In this document: in pieces, positions 44,219-51,336 of the stretch | How positions within the stretch are numbered: position 1 is the first letter of the stretch | Layout of the letters: every line of letters begins with the position of its first letter | Assembly: GCA_963813155.1 (NCBI GenBank) | Contig: CAWEYG010000001.1 | Span: 160,001 to 224,000, forward strand | Source: an uncultured Acidobacteriota bacterium | GTDB taxonomy: Bacteria; Acidobacteriota; Thermoanaerobaculia; UBA5066; DATFVB01 | Length of the DNA: 64,000 nt | Direction: 5' to 3' | Made by a program: the position numbers and the translations under genes | Notes under the pieces: model-generated | What the model was told of the DNA's origin: nothing | Seen by the model: the letters and a program-made list of their open reading frames with translations, nothing else | Databases searched by the model: none

Positions 44219-45855
44219 GGCGCTCGGAAAGCCACTTTCCCCGCGACCATCGTCAGGACGACGCGCGCCGCCGGAATTTCCGCGGGCGGGCAGCGGACGA
44301 GGTCGCGGTCGAAGACGGAGAAGTCGGCGCTCATCCCCGCGGCAATCGAGCCGTTCGTCGGATCCTCGAAAAGCGCGTAGGCCGCCCACCGGGTATAGAG
44401 ATCGATCGCCTCGTCGCGGGAAAGGGCCTCCTCCGGCCGCCAGCCGCCGGGAGGATCCCCGTGAAGGTCCTGACGCGTCACCGCGGCGTAGAGCCCGAGA
44501 CGCGGATCGTTCGATTCCACCGGAAAGTCGCTGCCGCCGGCCAGGCGCGCGCCGGCCTTTTCGAGGCTCTTCCACGCGTACGATTCGCCGATCCGGCCCT
44601 TCGAGAGACGCGCCTCCGCCCAGGGCATGTCGGAGGTCGCGTGTGTCGGCTGGATCGACGCGATGACGCCGAGCTTCGCAAAGCGGGGCCGGTCCTCCGG
44701 CTCGACGACCTGCGCGTGCTCGATTCGAGGGCGAGGATCGCGGGGCTGCACTTTCCTCTCCGCGTTTTCGATCGCGTCGAGGGCAACGCGGTTGGCCCGA
44801 TCCCCGATCGCATGGATCCAAACCTGGAACCCGGAGCGAAAACACCGCTCGGTCACCGACTCGATCGTCTCCGCCGGGGTGACCATCAGGCCTCGGTTCC
44901 CGGGATCGTCCGAATAGTCGGCGAGAAGCGCCGCCCCGCGGCTGCCGAGAGCGCCGTCCGCGTAGATCTTGACCGCGCGAACCGTCAGGAGCCCGGCCGA
45001 AATCGGCCCGCGGGCAAGGAACCCCTTCAGATCGGGGTCGGCCGCGCCGACGGTCGCGGAGACGCGGATCGGCAGCTCGCCGCGGCTCGCCATTTCGCGC
45101 AGGACCGCGATCTCTTTCGGCCCGTAACCCGAGGCGTCGCCCACGCCCGTCAGGCCGAGCGACGCGCACGAGGCGAGAGCCTTCTGGAAATAGCGGCGAG
45201 CGTCCTCCGGCGAGACGGCCGGCCTCGCCCGCAGCACGACCTCCATCGCGTTGTCGACGAAAACGCCCGACGGGGATCCGTCGGCGCGGCGCACGATCCT
45301 GCCGCCCGCGGGATCCGGAGTCTCGCGCGCCACGCCCGCGGCCTTCATGGCGGCGCTGTTGACCCACACGGCGTGGCCGTCGATGCGGATCGCAAAGGCG
45401 GGCCGGTCGGGAACGACGGCGTCGAGCTCGGAGGCGTCCGGAAACTGCTTCGGCGTCCAGAGATTCTGGTCCCAGCCGTGGGCCGCGGCCCAGACGCCCG
45501 CGGGAGCCGGATGCCCCCCCATGCGCGCGGCGCACGCCTTCGCGGAAGCCACGCCCTTCATGTCGACGGACTCTAGCGACAGGCCGAGCTCGGCGAGATG
45601 CCCGTGCGCGTCGGTAAAGCCCGGATAGACGACGGCGCCCGACAGGTCCATTTCCGGGGCGCCCCGGTACCGGCGCGCGGCCTCGCCGGGCGGCCCGACG
45701 AACGCGATCTTCTCCCCTTCCACGACAACGTCGAGCGGAACGGCCGCCGCGCCCGCATGGACGACGACGCGCGCGTTCTTCAGGATCGTGGCAGCGGGGG
45801 CGAGGCGGGACCCGGCCAGCGCGGCCGCCAGGGCGCAGACGAATAGCAGCTTCAT
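44215..45855 (-). CDS. YtcJ-like amidohydrolase, exported
   Basis: Signal peptide; PGFTDAHGH, DGALGSRGA, HAIGD, RIEHAQ, QPTHATSD, GSDFPV. Confidence 0.88.
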   Translation of the reverse strand: MKLLFVCALAAALAGSRLAPAATILKNARVVVHAGAAAVPLDVVVEGEKIAFVGPPGEAARRYRGAPEMDLSGAVVYPGFTDAHGHLAELGLSLESVDMKGVASAKACAARMGGHPAPAGVWAAAHGWDQNLWTPKQFPDASELDAVVPDRPAFAIRIDGHAVWVNSAAMKAAGVARETPDPAGGRIVRRADGSPSGVFVDNAMEVVLRARPAVSPEDARRYFQKALASCASLGLTGVGDASGYGPKEIAVLREMASRGELPIRVSATVGAADPDLKGFLARGPISAGLLTVRAVKIYADGALGSRGAALLADYSDDPGNRGLMVTPAETIESVTERCFRSGFQVWIHAIGDRANRVALDAIENAERKVQPRDPRPRIEHAQVVEPEDRPRFAKLGVIASIQPTHATSDMPWAEARLSKGRIGESYAWKSLEKAGARLAGGSDFPVESNDPRLGLYAAVTRQDLHGDPPGGWRPEEALSRDEAIDLYTRWAAYALFEDPTNGSIAAGMSADFSVFDRDLVRCPPAEIPAARVVLTMVAGKVAFRAP

Positions 45856-45866
45856 CGAAAGCAAAC

Positions 45867-47285
45867 TTATAACGTTTCGCGGCGGGCGAGAACGACGAGC
45901 GTCTGGTCGTCGTACTGGGGCGTGGCCCCCGCGAACGCGAGGACCTCTTCCAGGATCCGGCGGGCCGTGTCGGCGACCGGCTCTTCTCCGGCGCTCCCGA
46001 GCACGTCTCGCAGCCGGGGAACGCCGAAGTCCTCGCCGGCTTCGTTTTGCGCTTCCGTGATTCCGTCCGTGTAGACGCAGAGACGGTCGCCCGGGGCGAG
46101 CTGAACGCTCTCCTCCGTCCAGGTCGATTCCCAGAACATCCCCACGGGCCGCCCGGTCGCGCCGAGCATCTCCACGCGGCCCGAAGGGCGCATGAGCAGG
46201 GCAGGGTTGTGCCCCGCCGAAACGTAGGTCATCCGGCCCGAAGCCGTTTCCACGAGGCCGAAGAAAAGCGTCGCAAATTTTCGCGCCCGGGAGAACCGGT
46301 AGAGATGGCGGTGCACGCGCAGGATCAGGTCCGCCGGCGTCCTCGCGTCTTCGATCTGCAGATGAATGGCGGAAGCAAGCGTCGACACGAGGAGCGCCGC
46401 CGGCACTCCTTTTCCCGACACGTCCGCGACGACGAAGGCAAACCGGTCGCCGGAAAGGGGAAAGAAATCGAAATAGTCGCCTCCCACCTGCCGCGTCGAC
46501 AGGCTCTCGGCGGCGACCGCGAAACCGGGAAATTGCGGGATCTCCCGGGGAAGGATCTCCCGCTGGATCGCCGCGGCGAGCTCGAGCTCCCGCTCCAGCC
46601 GCTCCTTCTCCACCGCCTCGCGGTGAAGGCGCGCCGTCTCGACGGCGGTCGCCGCCTGGCTCGCGAACAGCATCAGGAGGCGGGCGTCGGAGAGAGAGAA
46701 ATCCGCGATCGTCCCGTCGCGGGTTTCCTTGTCCGCAACCGCAAGCACCCCGAGCCGCCTTCCCTCGTGCTGGATCGGAACGACGATGCACTTTTCGCAG
46801 TCCGAGAGATAGACGCCGGCCGTCGGGAAAGCCCGGGCGTCGTTGTTGATCGCCCCGTCGGAATCGAGCTCGATCCGAACCGCCGCCTCCTCGCTCAGGA
46901 GCGTCCCCCCGAAGGAGCGCGACAGCGCCGCGCGCTGCCCGTCGAAGAGATGGAGCGATCCGGAACGGGAATTCGTGAGGGAGATCGACCGCAGAAGGAT
47001 TTCATCCGCCAGCCGGTCGAGCTCCAGCCGCCCCCCGACCGAGAGCCCGACATCGTAGAGAGATTCCAGCTCGACGGCGCGCTCCCGAAGCTCGAAGCGC
47101 ACTTCCTTGAGCGACCTCGCGAGGACCCTCGCGGCGACCCAGGCCGCGCCGCCGTCGGACTCGCCGGAATGGGCTGCGCTGTCTTCCACTCGCGCGAGCG
47201 CGAGATCGAGGTTTTCTCCCGGTTCTTCCCCGAGCGCGAGAAGCGCTTCCCGGACGCGGTCCGCGAGCGTGGTCGGCGGGGTCAT
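45867..47285 (-). CDS. GAF + PP2C (SpoIIE/RsbU-like) phosphatase
   Basis: ELELAAAIQREILP, VGGDYFD, ADVSGKG, SAGHNP, YTDGITE, YDDQT; N-terminal GAF. Confidence 0.92.
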   Translation of the reverse strand: MTPPTTLADRVREALLALGEEPGENLDLALARVEDSAAHSGESDGGAAWVAARVLARSLKEVRFELRERAVELESLYDVGLSVGGRLELDRLADEILLRSISLTNSRSGSLHLFDGQRAALSRSFGGTLLSEEAAVRIELDSDGAINNDARAFPTAGVYLSDCEKCIVVPIQHEGRRLGVLAVADKETRDGTIADFSLSDARLLMLFASQAATAVETARLHREAVEKERLERELELAAAIQREILPREIPQFPGFAVAAESLSTRQVGGDYFDFFPLSGDRFAFVVADVSGKGVPAALLVSTLASAIHLQIEDARTPADLILRVHRHLYRFSRARKFATLFFGLVETASGRMTYVSAGHNPALLMRPSGRVEMLGATGRPVGMFWESTWTEESVQLAPGDRLCVYTDGITEAQNEAGEDFGVPRLRDVLGSAGEEPVADTARRILEEVLAFAGATPQYDDQTLVVLARRETL

Positions 47286-47638
47286 CGGGCCGGGGCGAGA
47301 GCCGCGCGCGCTTCCTGTTCGGAACCGTAGATGCCGGCGTACTGGGCGAGGCCCATAATCCGGAACGTCTTGTCGATCGTGGGGGTCAGGTGGCAGAACG
47401 CGAGCGTTCCCTTGCGATCCATCATCTTCTCGAGCACCTCGATGAGAATGGAGATCCCGATCGAGTTGACGATCTTCGTCTTTTCGAGGTTCAGGATGAT
47501 CTGGGAAACGCCGCCTTCGAGCAGTGTCTGGATGCAGCGCTCGATTTCCTCGCCGCCCTCCCGGTTGATGTACCCGTCGGTCCGAAGAACCGCGACCGAT
47601 CCGTCGCGAACGGATTCCACTCTGCAGGACTCGTTCAT
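47282..47638 (-). CDS. STAS-domain anti-anti-sigma (RsbV/SpoIIAA-like)
   Basis: IILNLEKTKIVNSIGISIL with phosphorylatable Ser; KTFRIMGL; ATGA overlaps on both sides. Confidence 0.9.
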   Translation of the reverse strand: MNESCRVESVRDGSVAVLRTDGYINREGGEEIERCIQTLLEGGVSQIILNLEKTKIVNSIGISILIEVLEKMMDRKGTLAFCHLTPTIDKTFRIMGLAQYAGIYGSEQEARAALAPAR

Positions 47639-48060
47639 TTGTACTTCCGCATCACGATGGTGGTCCCCTTCTCGCTCGATCGGATCTCTTCTTCGTCCAT
47701 CAGGCTCTGAATGATCTTCAGGCCCCAGCCCCGCTTGCTGTCCCCGCGGAGCTTCTTCTCCAGCGACGGCGGCTCGACCCGCGAGGGGTCGAATCCCCGG
47801 CCGCGGTCGGAAACCGTCACCTCGAACATCTCCCCGCCGCCGGGGGCCGAGGAAATTCGAAAGAACACGTCCACACGGTGACCTCCCCGGCCGGCGTGCT
47901 CGAAAGCATTGATGCACGCCTCCACGAGCGCGAGCTTCACTTCGTCAATCTTATCCCGAGAGAGGCGCATCGACTCGGCGAGAACCTCGGCGAGCGCGGT
48001 CGCGGCGAGCTCCATGCCCGGCGAGGCCGGGATCGAAAGAGAAACCTCTTTCGCGGTCAT
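47635..48060 (-). CDS. RsbW/SpoIIAB-like anti-sigma Ser kinase
   Basis: LALVEACINAFEHA, VSDRGRGFD, RGWGLKIIQSLMDE. Confidence 0.9.
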   Translation of the reverse strand: MTAKEVSLSIPASPGMELAATALAEVLAESMRLSRDKIDEVKLALVEACINAFEHAGRGGHRVDVFFRISSAPGGGEMFEVTVSDRGRGFDPSRVEPPSLEKKLRGDSKRGWGLKIIQSLMDEEEIRSSEKGTTIVMRKYK

Positions 48061-48070
48061 CCGGACATCC

Positions 48071-48220
48071 TCAGAATTGGAGGAACGCCCGAAGGGCCGT
48101 CCATCCCCACCCCGGGATCGGCAGAACGAGAAGCGCCGCACCGGCGAGGCTCGAGAGGAGAATCGAAAGAGCGCTCGAGAGCGGCGCGCTGAGGGAGAGG
48201 CTTCGGGCTTGGGGGATCAT
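48071..48220 (-). CDS. Unannotated 49-aa hydrophobic small protein
   Basis: MIPQARSLSLSAPLSSALSILLSSLAGAALLVLPIPGWGWTALRAFLQF; fills the space between the sigma54 promoter and rsbW; its TGA overlaps the GAGG SD of rsbW. Confidence 0.55.
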   Translation of the reverse strand: MIPQARSLSLSAPLSSALSILLSSLAGAALLVLPIPGWGWTALRAFLQF

Positions 48221-48237
48221 GGCGAACATCATCCATC

Positions 48238-48253
48238 GCAAGGAGGCTGCCAG
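48238..48253 (-). promoter_or_regulatory. sigma54 -24/-12 promoter
   Basis: CTGGCAGCCTCCTTGC: TGGCA...TTGC with exact GG-N10-GC spacing. Confidence 0.75.
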
Positions 48254-48349
48254 AATTCCGGAACGGCCCGAAAGCCATCAACCCTTTCTTTTGCAAAGAC
48301 TTCAACAATTTTCTTCTCGTTGCAATGACAGCCCGTCTCTGCTGCATTC

Positions 48350-48440
48350 TGTCACATATGGCGATCTTAGCACTTGCGCATTTATATGCATATAATTCAA
48401 AGACAGATGTTTAGCTACAGTATCGTGGCTATATGCCACA
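48350..48440. promoter_or_regulatory. AT-rich candidate upstream activating region (bEBP sites)
   Basis: GTGGC-TATAT-GCCAC 48425-48439, related TGTCACATATGGCGA 48350-48364, perfect palindrome TTATATGCATATAA 48382-48395; ~100-190 bp upstream of the promoter. Confidence 0.55.
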
Positions 48441-48453
48441 GTACTATAAAGTC

Positions 48454-49971
48454 TCATATCTTCTTCCGGTAGAGCGTCCGGCGATCGATCCCGAGGATTC
48501 GCGCCGCACGGCTCTTGTTTCCGTTCGCCAGGCGAAGCACGCGCTGGATGTGGCGCGACTCGAGCTGGCGAAGAGAAACAGCGTCGCCTTCCGCCGGGGA
48601 CGGGGGCGCGCCCTCGTTCGAGCGCGATTCGATCCACTGCAGGTCGCCCCGGTGAATCGCGCCGCCCCGCGCCAGGGCCGCCGCGCCTTCGAGAACGTTT
48701 TCCAACTCCCGCACGTTGCCGCGAAACGAGTGCGAGAGCAGGGCCGCCATCGCCTCGCGGTCCAGCGTGGCCGGCGACTTCCCTTCCCGCGCGGCAAACT
48801 TCGCGAGAAAGTACCGAATGAGCCGGGGCAGGTCCTCCCGGCGGTCCCGGAGCGCGGGCAACGAGACCTCGACGACCCGGAGGCGGTAGTAAAGGTCCTC
48901 CCGAAACTTCTTCTCCGTGATCATTCGGGGAAGGTTCTGATGCGTCGCGGAAAGCACCCGCACGTCGAGCGGGATCCGTTTGCGGCCCCCGACCCGCTCG
49001 CACTCTTTTTCCTGGAGGACACGGAGGATCTTGGCCTGCAGGGCGAGCGGCATGTCCCCGATCTCGTCCAGGAGGATCGTGCCTCCCTGCGCGGTCTCGA
49101 ACTTCCCCGCCCGCGCCTCGACTCCGGTGGCCACTCCCCGCTCGATGCCGAACAGCTCGGCCTCGAGAAGCGACTCGGGAAGCGCCGCGCAATTGATCGC
49201 CACGAACGGGCCCTGCCGCCTCGGGCTCTTTTCGTGAATGAGGCGCGCGACCAGTTCTTTGCCGGTGCCGCTCTCACCGGTGATGAGCACCGAAACGGAC
49301 GACGCCGCGACACGGGAGACGACGTCCAGGACGCGACGCATCGGAACGGACTCGCCGACGAGAAACGAATCGGCGGCCGACCTCCCCGACTCGTCCCGGA
49401 GCCTTCGGTTCTCCTCCTCGAGCCGGTTTCGCTCTCGCTCGAGCCGCGACAGGCGGCGGCGGCGCTCGAGCGCGACGCCGGAGAGCGCGGCGAGCGAGGA
49501 CAGAAACCGCTCGTCCTCGAGCCCGAACGGGAGCGCTCCCCTCCGCGACTCCTTGTCGGCGAGAACGAGCCAGCCGAGACTCCGGTCATCGCCGCCGACC
49601 GCCACGCCGAGCGCGTTCGCGACCGGCGTCTTCAGGAGAACCATCCTGCCCCGGGACAACGGCTGGCGGGCCTGTTCGAGCTCGGCCAGGAAAGGCTCCT
49701 CGAGCAGGATCGAGTCGGAAGTCTTCCTGGGAAACCCGAGAAGCGCCCGCGACGACACCTGCCCGTCCTCCGAGAGCGAAAGGAAGAATCCCCGCGCGGC
49801 GTCCAGGACCGAGACGGCCCGGGACAGCACTTCTTCGGCGAGCTCCCGGTCCGATTCGAGCCCGGTCAGAGTGAGCGCGGCGTCATAAATCGTCTCGAGG
49901 AGGAGCAGCCGGTGCTGGACCTCGAAATCGCGGCCCAGCTCGGCTTTCATTCCTCCCTCGTCGGTCTTCAC
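48454..49971 (-). CDS. GAF-domain sigma54 enhancer-binding protein (Fis-type HTH)
   Basis: GESGTGKE, FVAINCAA, ELFGIERGVATGV, LDEIGDM, FREDLYYRL, GNVRELEN, NKSRAARILGIDRRTLYRK; start GTG 49971 or ATG 49950. Confidence 0.93.
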   Translation of the reverse strand: MKTDEGGMKAELGRDFEVQHRLLLLETIYDAALTLTGLESDRELAEEVLSRAVSVLDAARGFFLSLSEDGQVSSRALLGFPRKTSDSILLEEPFLAELEQARQPLSRGRMVLLKTPVANALGVAVGGDDRSLGWLVLADKESRRGALPFGLEDERFLSSLAALSGVALERRRRLSRLERERNRLEEENRRLRDESGRSAADSFLVGESVPMRRVLDVVSRVAASSVSVLITGESGTGKELVARLIHEKSPRRQGPFVAINCAALPESLLEAELFGIERGVATGVEARAGKFETAQGGTILLDEIGDMPLALQAKILRVLQEKECERVGGRKRIPLDVRVLSATHQNLPRMITEKKFREDLYYRLRVVEVSLPALRDRREDLPRLIRYFLAKFAAREGKSPATLDREAMAALLSHSFRGNVRELENVLEGAAALARGGAIHRGDLQWIESRSNEGAPPSPAEGDAVSLRQLESRHIQRVLRLANGNKSRAARILGIDRRTLYRKKI

Positions 49972-51332
49972 GCCGTTTTCTTCAGCTTCCCGATCTCGGA
50001 TTCCGCCGCGATCGTGTCGAGGTCGCGGGGATTGAATTTGCGATTGACGGCGAGGGTCTTTTCCGCCCCTTCGAAATCGCCCAGGCGAGCCTGAGCCTCC
50101 GCGAGCAGGGCGCGGTAGCGGATGGCGCTCGCCTGTTTGTCCAGGTCGCCCGCCTCGCCCGGAGAAGGCAGCGCGCTCTCCCAGAGCCGGATGGCGTCGC
50201 GGAATCGACGGTCGCGAAACGCGATTCGCCCGCGAGTCACGCGCAGCTGGCGCTCGATTTCCGCCTGCATGACCGGATCCGGGTCTTTCCAGGACACCGA
50301 GTCGAGAACGGCGTCGGCTTCTTTCGTCCGGCCCTCGTCGCTCAACAGCACGGCTTCGAAGATCTGGTCGGCCCCGCCGAGTTTCGGGGGAATTTTCGCG
50401 CTCCGCATCGTCTCGATCGCCTCGCGCGCCCGGTCGAAGTCCCTTTCGCGCAGAGAGAGGAAGAAGAGCTTCTGCGCCACGACGAATTTTTCGATCGGCA
50501 TCTGGGCGAGCCGAAACGAAAGGTCGAAGTTCGCGCGGGCGAGAGCGAAATCCCCGCGCCTCTCCTGGGCGACTCCGAGGCGGTAGAGGTAGCCGTAGAA
50601 ATTCGGCTTCAATTCGTGGGCCTTCTGAAAATCGCGGATCGCGGCTTCGTAATCGCCATGGGCGGTCTCGACCTCGCCGAGCGTCTCCAGCGGATCTGCC
50701 GAGTCCGGCGCGATGAACGCGTAGCGCTTCAGGTCGGCGAGGGCCTCGGGAATGTTTCCGCGCGTCGCCTCGAGGTATCCGAGGTAGTTGTACGCCTGAG
50801 CGCAGTTCGGATCGTGCGCCAGCCGCTCGCGAAACAGGGCGGCCGCGTCTTCGGTCCGGTTCAGGCGCATCGCGTCTTCGGCCAGGCACTGATAGCCGAC
50901 TTCGTCCTGATAGTCCTGTTTCAGGATCCGGGCGATCCGGGTGGCTTCGCCGTTGCGGTGGTACACCCAGGCTCGCGCGAGATCCAGCACGAGACGCTCC
51001 CGTCGCGTCACGCGGCCGCGCAGCCGGTTCGCGGCTTCCAGGACTTCCTGGGCTCGCGACGTGTTCCCGTAGCCTTCGTAGAACTCGATCAATCCGACCC
51101 TCACCATGGCCATGACGAATTTCGGATCGTCGGAAAGCGCCTTTTCGTAGTGCCGCCGGGCGTCGGCGAAGTACATCCGATCGTAGTCTTCGTTTCCCTC
51201 GGTGTACTCGCGGTAAGCGAGGTCCGACGACGTCGTCACCTGCCGCCGCGGAAGAAGGAAGAGGGCCGCCGAGACGGCCGCCACCGCGAGGCTCGCGGCC
51301 GCGATTCCCCAGCTCTTGTGCGTGCTCGCCAT
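49968..51332 (-). CDS. Membrane-anchored TPR protein
   Basis: N-terminal TM; TPR-like repeats (ARRHYEKALSDDP, AYNYLGY, AIRDFQKAHELKP). Confidence 0.82.
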   Translation of the reverse strand: MASTHKSWGIAAASLAVAAVSAALFLLPRRQVTTSSDLAYREYTEGNEDYDRMYFADARRHYEKALSDDPKFVMAMVRVGLIEFYEGYGNTSRAQEVLEAANRLRGRVTRRERLVLDLARAWVYHRNGEATRIARILKQDYQDEVGYQCLAEDAMRLNRTEDAAALFRERLAHDPNCAQAYNYLGYLEATRGNIPEALADLKRYAFIAPDSADPLETLGEVETAHGDYEAAIRDFQKAHELKPNFYGYLYRLGVAQERRGDFALARANFDLSFRLAQMPIEKFVVAQKLFFLSLRERDFDRAREAIETMRSAKIPPKLGGADQIFEAVLLSDEGRTKEADAVLDSVSWKDPDPVMQAEIERQLRVTRGRIAFRDRRFRDAIRLWESALPSPGEAGDLDKQASAIRYRALLAEAQARLGDFEGAEKTLAVNRKFNPRDLDTIAAESEIGKLKKTA

Positions 51333-51336
51333 CCTG

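Noticed and set aside
48290-48453. AT-rich patch as replication origin or foreign DNA
   Set aside because: No DnaA boxes or mobile genes; position fits a sigma54 enhancer
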